A stretch of 64,000 nucleotides of DNA. Origin: Candidatus Sulfomarinibacteraceae bacterium. Lineage in GTDB: Bacteria > Acidobacteriota > Thermoanaerobaculia > Thermoanaerobaculales > Sulfomarinibacteraceae. Below are positions 20,036 through 30,642 of the stretch, piece by piece (the stretch's first letter is position 1; each line of letters opens with the position of its first letter). The notes under the pieces are model-generated. The model was not told the origin of the DNA. It worked only from the letters and a program-made list of their open reading frames with translations, and did no database searches. Location of the stretch: assembly GCA_963796455.1 (NCBI GenBank), contig CAWCLO010000004.1:352001-416000 (forward strand). The letters run 5' to 3'. A program made the position numbers and the translations under genes.

Positions 20036-21805
20036 ATGCGCCGTTTTGTTGTGACCGCTCTGCTTCTCGGGTGCGCTCTTTCCATTTTTGCCGGAGATCG
20101 GGTTCCCACTGATCAATGGATGACGTATTCAAGTCCGGCGGAGGCGGGTTTCGACCCGGTTCGGCTCGAGGCGGCGCGGAAGAGCTGGGAAGAAATGCCG
20201 TCAGCGGCATTCCTGGTGGTATCGGACGGCGCTGTGGTTGCGTCCTGGGGCGATGTGTCGCGTCGCTTCATGTGCCACTCGGTGCGCAAGAGTTTCATGT
20301 CCGCTCTCTATGGAATCTATTGGGACAAGGGAGAGATCAAGCTCAACAAGACCCTCGCCGATCTCGGGATCGACGACCAGGGCGACGGTCTGTTGGAGAC
20401 TGAGAAGCAGGCCCGGATCCTCGATCTGCTCAAGGCACGTTCGGGCGTCTTTCACCCCGCCGCCTACGCCGGGCGAACCGACTCACAGCCCCGTGGAAGC
20501 CAGGGGCCGGGCCGCTATTTTGCCTATAACAACTGGGACTTCAACACGCTTGTGACCATTCTCGAACAGGAGACGGGGGAAAAGGTCTTCGAGGCTTTCG
20601 ATGAGTATTTTGCGGTGCCGCTCGAGATGGAGGATTGGCGGGTCTCGGATGGTTATTATCACTACGAGCGCGACAAATCGATGCACCCCGCCTATCCGTT
20701 CAGGCTCTCGGCGCGCGATGCCGCGCGTTTTGGTCTCGTCTTCGCCCGCACCGGTCTGTGGGGCGACAGCCGCATCCTGTCGCGAGACTGGGTCCAGCGA
20801 AGCTCCGCAATGTACTCGATCGACGACGATCAGATCGGATACGGTCTCTTGTGGTGGGTCTTGCGCGAGCCTCGTTTCAAACAGTATGGGATGTTTGCGG
20901 CCCTCGGAGTGGGCAATCAGATGATCGCGGTGCTTCCCGACATCGATCTGGTCATCGTCAACCGGGCCAATACCTATGAAGGACAGAGAACGCCGATGCC
21001 CGAGCTGCTCGATCTGATCGAGTCGGTGCTCGAGGCGAGGGTCGGGGCCCCGGTTGCCGATCCTGCGCTGAAGCCACTGGAGGTGTCCATCCCCGGTTTT
21101 CGTATGGCGCCGGACTCCAAGCTGGCCGAGTTTGTCGGCGAGTGGGACTATCCTCCGGCGCCCCTCGGGCTGCCGAAAATCACCACCGTCACCATCGCGG
21201 CGGGTGATGGCTGGTTGGAGGCCACTTCCGAGGTGAGCGGGACCTTCCGCGAGTATCTCCAGTCGAATGGCACTCTGGTGGAAGAGGACAGCCTCGATCG
21301 GTACTACCCGATTCGTGATGCGCAAGGTGCATTGGCGGGCATCGCCGATGTCGGCGCCATCGTTCGGGCCGCGATGGCGGAGGCGGTTGCCGGGGATTTC
21401 AGACGGTCGAGGTCTTATCTCTCGGTTGTCGAGAAAGAGCCTGGAGTCAACGTGCCGGCTGCGCGAGCCATGGTGGATTTTCTGGACGGTCATCAGAAAG
21501 AGGCTGAGGATGCGCTTCGGCAGCTCGCCTCCGACCACAGCCCGCAACGGGTCGAGGGTTTTGTCAACAACGTGGGCTACTCGCTGCTCGGCGAAGAGAA
21601 GACCGATGCGGCGCTTGAGGTCCTGGAGCTCAACACGCGGCTTTTCCCCGAGGCCTTCAACACCTGGGACAGCCTCGGAGAGATCAACATGATGATCGGC
21701 AACGACGCCAAGGCGATCCGTTTTTATGAGAAGTCTCTGGAGCTCAATGAAAACAACACCAACGCGGCCGAAATGATCGCGCGAATTCGCCAGGGCGGAG
21801 AATAA
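20036..21805 (+). CDS. Exported serine hydrolase (beta-lactamase fold) with C-terminal TPR
   Basis: SxxK (SVRK), YNN, LSARDAARFG; TPR NTWDSLGE...YEKSLELN; GGAGG RBS. Confidence 0.88.
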   Translation: MRRFVVTALLLGCALSIFAGDRVPTDQWMTYSSPAEAGFDPVRLEAARKSWEEMPSAAFLVVSDGAVVASWGDVSRRFMCHSVRKSFMSALYGIYWDKGEIKLNKTLADLGIDDQGDGLLETEKQARILDLLKARSGVFHPAAYAGRTDSQPRGSQGPGRYFAYNNWDFNTLVTILEQETGEKVFEAFDEYFAVPLEMEDWRVSDGYYHYERDKSMHPAYPFRLSARDAARFGLVFARTGLWGDSRILSRDWVQRSSAMYSIDDDQIGYGLLWWVLREPRFKQYGMFAALGVGNQMIAVLPDIDLVIVNRANTYEGQRTPMPELLDLIESVLEARVGAPVADPALKPLEVSIPGFRMAPDSKLAEFVGEWDYPPAPLGLPKITTVTIAAGDGWLEATSEVSGTFREYLQSNGTLVEEDSLDRYYPIRDAQGALAGIADVGAIVRAAMAEAVAGDFRRSRSYLSVVEKEPGVNVPAARAMVDFLDGHQKEAEDALRQLASDHSPQRVEGFVNNVGYSLLGEEKTDAALEVLELNTRLFPEAFNTWDSLGEINMMIGNDAKAIRFYEKSLELNENNTNAAEMIARIRQGGE

Positions 21806-21816
21806 TTCTCCGCCCT
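21792..21816. terminator. Perfect palindrome between convergent genes, possible bidirectional terminator
   Basis: AGGGCGGAGAAT-A-ATTCTCCGCCCT spanning the stop codon; no U tract. Confidence 0.4.
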
Positions 21817-21838
21817 CGGTTGCACAGAGCTGGGGACT

Positions 21839-24800
21839 CTACGGACGAGCCGCTGGAGTCGGGAACGGCGGCGGTATCACCGATGGCGTGCCCTCTGCCT
21901 CGAGCAATCTGAGCGCTTCCCGGACCCCACGTTCGAGTTGCACATCACGCCCCTCGGAGGCCGACAGGGCGTCGATCTCGACTTCGATGTCCGGCGGGAT
22001 ACCCTGGTTTTCACCGATCCACGCGTTGTTGATCGGGTCGAAGACCGCGTTGTCGGGTGCGGTCAACCCACCGCCGTCCACCAATGGATAGTGGACCGAT
22101 GATTTGACCAGACCGCCCCAGGTTCGCATCCCGATGAGGGGACCGGCCTTCTGTTGCCGGAAGACCCAGGGGAAGTAGTCGCCACCCGACCCGGCCACCT
22201 CGTTGATCAGCAGCACCTTTGGCCCGAGTATGCCTGCCGGAAGCCGGAATGCCTGTCCGTTCGGCACCTCGTTGGTGATCGCTGCGCGGAGTCTGCGCGT
22301 CATGAGATCGACCATGTAGTCGTCGAGCAGTCCGCCGCCGTTGAAACGCTCGTCGATGACCGCACCGAGTTTGTCCTGTTGCGCGAAATAATATCGATTG
22401 AACGAGACCACCCCGCGGGTCGAGGTGTTCGGCACCCACACATAGGCGAGCTTTCCACCGGAGAGCTCGTCGACCTTGCGGCGGTTGTCTTCGACCCATG
22501 CGAGCTGTCGCAGTGAGCCTTCGTTGTCGATAGGCTCAACCGTGACCCGTTCGGCTCCGTCCATGGTCGGTTCGTCGTTGACGTGGAGTACCGTCTGCCT
22601 GCCGGCGGTGCCGTCAAGCAGGCGATAGGGATCGTCGTCGGTGGTCAGCTCCACACCGTTGACGGCGACGATGTAGCGGCCCTCTTCGACTTCGAGACCC
22701 GGTCGGTCGAGCGGCGCAGAGACATCGGGGTTCCAGCTTTCAAAGGTGTAGATCCGGGAGATCTTCCACCGTCCCTGGTCGGGCGCCAGATCGGCTCCAA
22801 GGAGCCCGGCCTTGGACGAGTCCGTCTTGGGAAAGTCGCCGCCAAAGACAAAACTGTGGCCGACCGAGAGTTCGCCATTGACCTGTTCGAGAATGTAGCT
22901 GAGGTCCGTCCGGTGTCGGACAAAGGGAACCAGGGGTTGATAGCGCTCCTTGATCGCTTCCCAGTCTCGACCGTGCAGCGAAGGGTCGTAGAAGAAATCG
23001 CGTTCGTAGCGCCACGCCTCGTCAAAGATCTGTTGCCACTCGGCCCGTCGGTCGAGCTGCATCCGCAGTGCAAGATCGAGTTTGCCGTCGCCGTTTGACG
23101 GCGGACTGTCCGTACCGACCACCGTCCAGGTTTCGCCATGGCGGTAGAGCAGCTTTTTGCCGTCGGCCGAAATGGAGATCCTCGAAGCGCCTTTGAGAAA
23201 CTCCTTTGCCTCACGGTCCTCGACGGTGAATTTGTGGAGTGTCATCCCGGGGCCGTCGGAGTTTTCGCCGATGAATACGCTGTCTTTCGGACCGGCGGCA
23301 GTCATGGTGTAGGAGGCTTCGGGAACCTGCAGCGCCAAGGTCCGGCGGTCGATGCCGTCAAAGTCGATCGTCACTTCGATCTTCGGTTCCTTGTCCGCCT
23401 TGTCATCCTCACCGCCGTTTTCCGAGTCTCCCTCAACTTCCTTTGAATCCTCGTCGCCAACTTCTTCCTCGTCGCTTTCGGGGACAAAGGGAGTGGGTTC
23501 ATCGGCCCGCAGCACGATGACGTAGGCCGCGTAGCTCGGATCGGCCTGCATCGTGCTGGTGTTGGCCCAGCCGGAGGCCAGTGCGAGATCGGTACTGGCG
23601 AGAAAATAGAGGTATTGGCCTCCGCGGTCCCATGATGGGGCCACCGCGTCCGCCAGGGCATTGGTCACCGGAGTCGCCGTGCCGCTGTCAACCGACCAGA
23701 CCATGATTCGATGAAAATTGTTGGGGAAGGCCTTGGCATAGGCCAGCCACTTGGAGTCGGGTGACCACGTCAAACCCATGAATCCACGATCAATGTTGGC
23801 GCCTGACGAATCGGCGGTGGTGATACTGCCCGATTCGAGTTCGATCACCCGGATGCGGGTGTCGTCATCGACAAATGCGATCCGCGAGCCATCGGGCGAC
23901 CACGCCGGTTCCCACGCCATCTTCGACTCGCCGATTTTGATGCGGCGGGCGTCGGAGAGACCGTCCTGGTTGGAGATCAACAGTTCATAACCGTCGCCGC
24001 GATCTGAGAACCACGCGATCTCTCCGCCATCGGGGGACCAGATGGGCGCTCGGTCGGCCGCACCGGAGCTCCGCGTGATGTTGCGGGAGTCTCCCTTTTC
24101 AACCGGTACCGTGAAAATCTCGCCGCGACTCTCGAAGACGGCCCGTTTTCCGGTTGCGGAGAGTGACGAACTTCTCACGTCGCCGCTGACGTCCTCCCAT
24201 CGGGTCTCGGCCCAGGGAAAGTCACCGCTGACGGAGATTTTTATCTTTTCGATTGCTCCCGTTGCGATGTCGAGGGTGGAGATCCAGCCGTCGCGCTCGA
24301 AGACCAGGGTGCCGTCGTGACCCGAGAGCCACTTGATGTCCACATCGTTAAAGTCGGTCAGTTGCTCGAGTGCCCGGGTTGCGGGGTCGTAGGAGAAGAT
24401 ATTCATCGACCAGTCCCGGTCCGAAAGGAAATAGATCCTTCCGTCCAGCCATACCGGAAAGACATCGGTGGTGCGCTGATTCGGCAGCGGTTCCTCGCTG
24501 AGGTCACCGAGGTCGAGGATCACCAATGCCTTGTTCTGACCACCCCGGTAGTGACGCCACTCCGTATCCCACCGGGCAACCCGATCGACAACGATTTTGC
24601 TGCCGTCTCCGGAAAAGGACCCATCATGCCCTCGAGGCGCCTTGATGAGCTCCGAAGGCCCGCCGTTTGGCGACACCGTCCACAGCCGTTGGTAGGCGGC
24701 CGGCGCCGTTTCCCGCGACGACGCGTAAAGAACCCGGCTTCCGTCCGGTGTCCAACCAAGCGCGTATGAGGCCGCCGGATACCAGGTCAGGCGGGTCGGT

Positions 24801-25114
24801 GTTCCGCCCTCGATCGGCAGCACATAGACAGATTCGACGCCGGATCGGTCCGATGTGAAGGCGATCCATCGACCGTCCGGCGAAAAGCGTGGGTTCAGTT
24901 CCACCGCTGGCGTGCTGGTCAGTCTTCTTGCAGCACCACCGGCCCGATCGGCCACCCAGAGATCGCCGCCATGGCTGAAGGCCACGTATTCGGCGCTGAG
25001 GGTCGGTTGGCGGAGCAGGCGAGTGTCCTGGGCGGCGACCGGCGTTGCTGCAGCCAGGAGCAAGGTGAGGACGAGAATCGAGACAAGGTGCCGGTGTGAA
25101 AATATTGAAAGCAT
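21839..25114 (-). CDS. Tricorn protease homolog (S41, beta-propellers plus PDZ), exported
   Basis: LLRQP, PD40 repeats, GELSVGH, IDERFNGGG, AGSGGD, GMRTWGG, DVQLERG; GGAGG RBS before 25114. Confidence 0.94.
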   Translation of the reverse strand: MLSIFSHRHLVSILVLTLLLAAATPVAAQDTRLLRQPTLSAEYVAFSHGGDLWVADRAGGAARRLTSTPAVELNPRFSPDGRWIAFTSDRSGVESVYVLPIEGGTPTRLTWYPAASYALGWTPDGSRVLYASSRETAPAAYQRLWTVSPNGGPSELIKAPRGHDGSFSGDGSKIVVDRVARWDTEWRHYRGGQNKALVILDLGDLSEEPLPNQRTTDVFPVWLDGRIYFLSDRDWSMNIFSYDPATRALEQLTDFNDVDIKWLSGHDGTLVFERDGWISTLDIATGAIEKIKISVSGDFPWAETRWEDVSGDVRSSSLSATGKRAVFESRGEIFTVPVEKGDSRNITRSSGAADRAPIWSPDGGEIAWFSDRGDGYELLISNQDGLSDARRIKIGESKMAWEPAWSPDGSRIAFVDDDTRIRVIELESGSITTADSSGANIDRGFMGLTWSPDSKWLAYAKAFPNNFHRIMVWSVDSGTATPVTNALADAVAPSWDRGGQYLYFLASTDLALASGWANTSTMQADPSYAAYVIVLRADEPTPFVPESDEEEVGDEDSKEVEGDSENGGEDDKADKEPKIEVTIDFDGIDRRTLALQVPEASYTMTAAGPKDSVFIGENSDGPGMTLHKFTVEDREAKEFLKGASRISISADGKKLLYRHGETWTVVGTDSPPSNGDGKLDLALRMQLDRRAEWQQIFDEAWRYERDFFYDPSLHGRDWEAIKERYQPLVPFVRHRTDLSYILEQVNGELSVGHSFVFGGDFPKTDSSKAGLLGADLAPDQGRWKISRIYTFESWNPDVSAPLDRPGLEVEEGRYIVAVNGVELTTDDDPYRLLDGTAGRQTVLHVNDEPTMDGAERVTVEPIDNEGSLRQLAWVEDNRRKVDELSGGKLAYVWVPNTSTRGVVSFNRYYFAQQDKLGAVIDERFNGGGLLDDYMVDLMTRRLRAAITNEVPNGQAFRLPAGILGPKVLLINEVAGSGGDYFPWVFRQQKAGPLIGMRTWGGLVKSSVHYPLVDGGGLTAPDNAVFDPINNAWIGENQGIPPDIEVEIDALSASEGRDVQLERGVREALRLLEAEGTPSVIPPPFPTPAARP

Positions 25115-25355
25115 CGAACCCTCCATGAGATCGCTTGCTGTCGTTACGAGGAGGAGCACCACAGGTTACTCCTGCTTGTTCGCAGCAGGCTGCAACAGAC
25201 GAACCATCCGGTTTTGGGCCGCCAATGTATCACCTGCTCACTGTGACGCGCGCCCGGCGTGTTCCGGTCGAGATCGATCTGTGAGCGTCTGGCTACGGAC
25301 ATTTGGCCGGCCAGCAACCATCTCCATCAAAGCTCGTTTATCATCGACAGCGGTG

Positions 25356-27704
25356 ATGAACATCTCGTTTCAACCACGTCGACAGTTTTCGAGAGCAGCC
25401 TGTTGGTTGCTCGGGGTGTCGTTGTTGGCCGGGTCGACGGCGTGCGGTCGAGAAGAACCAACGCCCGTCGAAGCTGTGAAATACAACGTGCTCGTGATCA
25501 CCCTCGACACCATTCGAGCCGATCGTCTCGGGGCTTATGGAAATCGATCCATCCGAAGCGACTTTGTCGACGGTCTCGCCGAACGGGGGGTCCTCTTCGA
25601 GCACTGCATCGTCCCGACGCCGCTGACGCTGCCCTCCCACACCTCCTTGTTCACCGGCACCTATCCCCCGCACCACGGGGTCCGCGACAACGGGAACTAT
25701 GTCGTGCCGGGTGAGTTGACGACCATGGCCGAGCTCTTCCGTGACGCCGGGTACCGGACCGGAGCATTTGTCGGTGCCTTTGTGCTGTCATCAAGGTGGG
25801 GCCTGGATCAGGGTTTCGAGACCTATACCGAGCCTGCGAGCGGCTATGATCCGAGCCTGGCCTCCTTTGCTCAGATTCAACGACGGGCCGACGCAGTCGT
25901 CGACGATGCGACCGCCTGGATTCGAGAGAGCTCGGATCGACCCTTCTTTGCATGGGTCCACGTCTATGATCCCCATCTGCCCTACGATCCTCCTCCGGTT
26001 TTTGCTGCCGAATATGCCGAGGATCCCTATCTCGGCGAGGTGGCCTTTGCCGATGCCGAGCTGGGGCGGCTGCAGGCCTTGCTCGATTTGTCCGGGCTTG
26101 CAGCGAAGACCATCGTCGTTTTTGCCGGTGATCACGGCGAGGGTCTCGGAGATCACGATGAACTCGACCATGGGTTGCTCCTCTACCAGACCACCCTGCG
26201 CGCGCCGCTGATCATCGCTCACCCAGCGGTTGAACAACGAGGGGTTCGCCGCGAAGAGGTGGTCTCGCTGGTCGATATCCTGCCGACCCTTGCTGCGGTT
26301 GTCGACCTCCCGATACCCGAGCGAGTCCAGGGCCAGAGTCTGTTGCCCCTCATGGACGAGACCGGAGAATTCGAAGAGAGACCCGTCTATTCCGAGACCC
26401 ACTACCCCAAGCTCCATTTCGGGTGGAGCCCGTTGACCGCACTCCAGGACCGGCGGTTTCAGTTGATCCAGTCATCCGATCCGGAACTCTATGATCTGGC
26501 GGCCGATCCAAAGCAGCAGAAAAACCTCTTCGACACCAATACGGCAGAGGCGGAGGGAATGGGCCGTGAGCTGGCTCGTCTCACTCAGAGCCTGGCCGAA
26601 GGGGGTGTAAAGGCGGCACAGGCCCCGGATGCGGAGACCATCGCCAAACTGGCGGCCCTGGGGTACGTGACCGGTGGTGGCGTATCGGGTCAGGACCCGG
26701 CCGATGGCGATTTGCCGAGCCCACGGAGCATGCTGTGGATCTACAACATGTTGATGGAGGCGAGCGGCATTCTTGCTTCGGGCGACGAGATCGGGGCCGA
26801 ACGGAAGTTCCTCGAAATCCTCGAGGCCGAAGACAATCTGGTGGATGCCTGGTTGGCTCTGGGTCGTCTCTATCGGCGTCAAGGCAGAATGGCTGAGGCC
26901 CTGGACGCTTTGCGTGAGGCCCACGAACGACGGCCGCTGGATCCCTTCGTGGTGTCCAAACTGGCCGACGCGCTGATATCCACCCGGCAGCCCGCGGAAG
27001 CCGAAGAGCTCTTGCGGGTTGCGCTCGAAGAGCATCCGGACGATCCATACATCGTCTTCGCCCTGGCGCGGGCGTTGGAGTCCTTTGGCCGGTTGGACGA
27101 AGCCGAGACGATGTACCGAAAATCACATGCTCTCGACCCTCGATCGGCGCCGACCCACGTCCGGCTCGCCGCCCTCGCTCTCCGCAGGGGTGATCGGGCG
27201 ACCGCCGAATCCGAGCTTGACACGGCCCTGCAATTGGATCCGAAGGTGCCCGAGGCGAGCCTTTACAAGGGTCAGCTGCTGGAAAGCGCCGGCCGCTTGG
27301 ATGAAGCCGCAGTTGCCTACCGAAACGAGATCCGATCGTCGCCCAATAACCTCCCGGCGGCGATCGCACTGAGTCGCCTCGAGGGTCGTCGTGGCAATCA
27401 GATCGAGCAGGAGCGGGTGCTGCGTGATGCCGTGGCGGCAAATCCTCGCTCGCCCGGACCGTATCTGGTGCTTTCGATGACCTTCTTCCAACGTGGAGAA
27501 CGTTATGAGGAGGCCGTCGAGTTGGCGGAATTGGCGCTGGCACAAAAGCCCGAGGGCCAGGAACTCCAGATGGCATATTTTCTCCTGGCGAATCTTCACA
27601 ATCGTCTTGGCAACGCCAAGAGATCGGCCGAATACGTCGAGCTTGGCGGCGGTCCCGCCAATCCCTTGGAGGGGAACCGGGGCGGGGAGAGCCCGCGCCG
27701 GTGA
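25356..27704 (+). CDS. Sulfatase-like hydrolase/transferase with C-terminal TPRs (1)
   Basis: ITLDTIRAD, TLPSHTSLFTG, YDPHLPY, GDHGE, ELYDL-x-x-DP, TPR tail. Confidence 0.88.
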   Translation: MNISFQPRRQFSRAACWLLGVSLLAGSTACGREEPTPVEAVKYNVLVITLDTIRADRLGAYGNRSIRSDFVDGLAERGVLFEHCIVPTPLTLPSHTSLFTGTYPPHHGVRDNGNYVVPGELTTMAELFRDAGYRTGAFVGAFVLSSRWGLDQGFETYTEPASGYDPSLASFAQIQRRADAVVDDATAWIRESSDRPFFAWVHVYDPHLPYDPPPVFAAEYAEDPYLGEVAFADAELGRLQALLDLSGLAAKTIVVFAGDHGEGLGDHDELDHGLLLYQTTLRAPLIIAHPAVEQRGVRREEVVSLVDILPTLAAVVDLPIPERVQGQSLLPLMDETGEFEERPVYSETHYPKLHFGWSPLTALQDRRFQLIQSSDPELYDLAADPKQQKNLFDTNTAEAEGMGRELARLTQSLAEGGVKAAQAPDAETIAKLAALGYVTGGGVSGQDPADGDLPSPRSMLWIYNMLMEASGILASGDEIGAERKFLEILEAEDNLVDAWLALGRLYRRQGRMAEALDALREAHERRPLDPFVVSKLADALISTRQPAEAEELLRVALEEHPDDPYIVFALARALESFGRLDEAETMYRKSHALDPRSAPTHVRLAALALRRGDRATAESELDTALQLDPKVPEASLYKGQLLESAGRLDEAAVAYRNEIRSSPNNLPAAIALSRLEGRRGNQIEQERVLRDAVAANPRSPGPYLVLSMTFFQRGERYEEAVELAELALAQKPEGQELQMAYFLLANLHNRLGNAKRSAEYVELGGGPANPLEGNRGGESPRR

Positions 27705-30343
27705 GGCGGCCGCCGTTTTTTGCCGGAGCGTGGTGGCGGCTTGGGGTGTTGGTGTCGCTTTTCTCTGCAGGACTCGTGGCCTGCGCAAACCAAGATGTGG
27801 ACGTTTCCACCGGCGTTCACGGGGATCGGCCCTCGTTCCTTCTGATCACCCTCGATACGACCCGCGCAGACCATTTGCAGCCCTATGGTTCTCAGAATGT
27901 TGAAACGCCCGCGCTCGCCAAACTCGCCACGGATGGAGTCGTCTTTGACCAGGCGGTGGCGACCACACCGGTGACGGCGCCTTCCCATGCTTCCTTGCTC
28001 ACCGGTCTGTATCCGCCGCGCCACGGGGTTCGCAACAACTCCACCCACTATCTTCCCGATCAGGTAACCACTCTCGCGGAGCTATTGAGCGATGCAGGCT
28101 ACCGCACCGCAGCCTTTGTCTCGACCGCGATTCTGGAGCGCCGCTTCGGGCTCGCGCAGGGATTCGAGCTCTACGACGACGAGATTCGAGGATCTGCATC
28201 CCGCCGCGATTCACGGATGACGGTCGAGCGCCCGGCCGCGGCGACCGCCGACCGGGCGCTCGCGTGGCTCGACACGCTCGACGGTTCATATCCGTATTTT
28301 CTCTGGGTCCATTTTTATGATCCTCACATACCCTACCTGCCGCCGTCACCGTGGGCGGAGCAATACGCCGAGCGGCCCTACGACGGTGAGATCGCCTATA
28401 TGGATTCCCAGATCGCCCGCCTGCTGGCCCACCCGAGAGCCGCGGTTGACGAGGTGATCGTGGCGGCGATCGGCGACCATGGCGAGAGCCTCGGGCAACA
28501 CGGAGAAAGGACCCATGGTCTGCTCGTCTACGACTCGACCATCCGCGTTCCATGGATCCTGCGTCTGCCCGGCGGCCCTCGAGGAGTGAGGGTTCAGAAC
28601 ACGGTCAGCCAGGTCGATCTGTTGCCCTCGCTGGCCGATGTTTTGGCGCTTGATATCGATGTTTCGACGTTCGACGGGAAGAGTTTTGTTCCCATGCTTC
28701 GGGGCGAGAAGCCGCCGTCTGAACGCCTGTTTTTTTCGGAATCGGAAGTGCCGTTCTTTGCTTATGGCTGGTCGCGCCTGCGGAGCGCGCGCAAGGGTGG
28801 GTTGAAGTTCATCGACGCTCCGGTCGCCGAGCTCTACGATGTGCAGGCTGATCCCGGCGAGACCCGAAATCTGGCGGCTGATCGTCAGCCGGAGGTGGAT
28901 GCCTTTTCGACGGCCATTGAAGCCTGGCTCGGTGGCGGCGCCGAAGCGGAAAGCGATCTCGCGGTCGATGCCGAAACCGCGCAGATGATGCGGGCTCTGG
29001 GGTACTTCGTCGGCGACCCCGGCCGGCCGGAGGGTGAGGGTCACGGCAACCCTGTGGATTTCATGCCGGTTCACAACGAGCTGCAGATAGTTGGTGAATT
29101 GCTTGCATCCGGGCAGGCCGGGGAGGCGGTGCGGCGGGTTGAGGGTGCACTTGCACAGGATCCGGACAATCTCTCCGCCCTCAGAGATCTGAGTCGCGGG
29201 TTGGCTCAGATGGGCCGGCTGGACGAGGCGGCGACGGTTGCCGCACGGGCGGTCGCGGTGGCGCCGTGGAGCTCTCAGGCTCTGATGGTCGCGGCGGATG
29301 TCGAATTCCAAAGGGCCCGGGTTGAAGAGGCCCTCGAATTGATCGATCGGTCACTCGAACTTGATGACCGCTTTCTTGAGGCGCGGCTCGATCGGGTGCG
29401 ATACCTTGCGGCCCTCGGCCGCGCCGGCGAGGCAGCCGCCGAGCTGCAACCGTTGATCGAATCGTCTCCTGACAACAACTGGGTTGCGCTGCGCTATGCG
29501 GAAATCGTCGAGCTTGGATCGGGAGACCGCGAGGCCGCCGAGCGGCGGCTGCGAGGGGTGCTCGAGCGGAATCCCGATTTTTCTGAAGCCTGGATCTCCC
29601 TCGCGTTGATGTTGGCCGAACAATCGGACCCTTCGGCCGAAGAAGCTCTGCGCCAGGCAATCGCATCGAGTCGGACGGTTCGTGCCGATCTCCACGTGGC
29701 CCTCGCCGAACAGCTGGCGCGGCGCGGGCAGGCTCAGGAAGCCCGTCGTGAGTTCGAAATGGCCGCGGCGGCCCCGGCGAACTCCACAGGCACCCGCAAC
29801 GCGAAGGCCATGGCCTTGATGCAGCTCGACCGGAAAAGTGAGGCGGAGACCCTTTGGCGGAGTCTGATCCGGGATCAGCCCGGTTATTGGCGCGCCTGGC
29901 TGAACATGGCTGCGGTGTCCAGCCAACGCGGTGAGTGGCAGGATGCCGAGCGCTTTGCCCGCGGCGCCGTCGAGCGCGAGCCCTCGTCGGCATCGGCATG
30001 GAACAACCTCGGGATCGCCCTCGAGGAACTCGGTCGCACGAACGAGGCAGAGGCCGCATATCGACGGGGAGGAGAGGTGGACCCTCGTAGTTGGAGGGCG
30101 CTCTTCAATCTCGGGATCCTCCTCCGGACCAGTCAACGATATGACGAAGCCGCGGTGGTCCAGGAAGAAGTCCTCAAACGCTTTCCGGCACATGGTGGAG
30201 CCCACTTCGAACTCGGAGTGCTCTACGCCGGGCCTTTGGACGATCCGCAGCGAGCGAAGATCCACCTGCAGACAACCATCGGCGCCGATCCTTCAAGCCC
30301 CCGGGCGCGTCAAGCCCGGACGATTCTCGACCGACTGCCCTGA
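27701..30343 (+). CDS. Sulfatase-like hydrolase/transferase with C-terminal TPRs (2)
   Basis: ITLDTTRAD, TAPSHASLLTG, YDPHIPY, GDHGE; lipobox LVAC; GTGA overlap with the upstream gene. Confidence 0.88.
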   Translation: MRRPPFFAGAWWRLGVLVSLFSAGLVACANQDVDVSTGVHGDRPSFLLITLDTTRADHLQPYGSQNVETPALAKLATDGVVFDQAVATTPVTAPSHASLLTGLYPPRHGVRNNSTHYLPDQVTTLAELLSDAGYRTAAFVSTAILERRFGLAQGFELYDDEIRGSASRRDSRMTVERPAAATADRALAWLDTLDGSYPYFLWVHFYDPHIPYLPPSPWAEQYAERPYDGEIAYMDSQIARLLAHPRAAVDEVIVAAIGDHGESLGQHGERTHGLLVYDSTIRVPWILRLPGGPRGVRVQNTVSQVDLLPSLADVLALDIDVSTFDGKSFVPMLRGEKPPSERLFFSESEVPFFAYGWSRLRSARKGGLKFIDAPVAELYDVQADPGETRNLAADRQPEVDAFSTAIEAWLGGGAEAESDLAVDAETAQMMRALGYFVGDPGRPEGEGHGNPVDFMPVHNELQIVGELLASGQAGEAVRRVEGALAQDPDNLSALRDLSRGLAQMGRLDEAATVAARAVAVAPWSSQALMVAADVEFQRARVEEALELIDRSLELDDRFLEARLDRVRYLAALGRAGEAAAELQPLIESSPDNNWVALRYAEIVELGSGDREAAERRLRGVLERNPDFSEAWISLALMLAEQSDPSAEEALRQAIASSRTVRADLHVALAEQLARRGQAQEARREFEMAAAAPANSTGTRNAKAMALMQLDRKSEAETLWRSLIRDQPGYWRAWLNMAAVSSQRGEWQDAERFARGAVEREPSSASAWNNLGIALEELGRTNEAEAAYRRGGEVDPRSWRALFNLGILLRTSQRYDEAAVVQEEVLKRFPAHGGAHFELGVLYAGPLDDPQRAKIHLQTTIGADPSSPRARQARTILDRLP

Positions 30344-30424
30344 GCTACCGGAATCGTCACCCGCAAGGCTGTTGTGTCTCTATTCTCAGTCGTGACGCCA
30401 CCCACCCACCCTCGTCACAAACCG

Positions 30425-30632
30425 CGGAAAACGCAGATGAACGCAGATGACGGGCAGGACGAAAAAGGGCGACACGAAAATGTGCAGCCGGGACGGCTGC
30501 ACCACCATTGTCCACCCGCCTTGGTGGTGCAGGCGTCCCGCCTGCACGTCTCGCCCGAAACCGAAACCGGCCGCAATCCTCCCGTTCGAGCCCCGGAGGG
30601 GCGACATGTTCTAGCGTGGGCCGTGAGCCCCA
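30425..30632. repeat. REP cluster related to the modular repeat
   Basis: Tandem AACGCAGATG; REP palindromes at 30482-30505 and 30524-30547; tandem CCGAAA; GCCCCGGAGGGGC hairpin; lies between convergent genes. Confidence 0.75.
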
Positions 30633-30642
30633 CTTGCAAGGG

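Noticed and set aside
24855..25355. N-terminal extension of the first sulfatase-like ORF
   Set aside because: Overlaps the tricorn gene on the other strand; the signal peptide begins after ATG 25356
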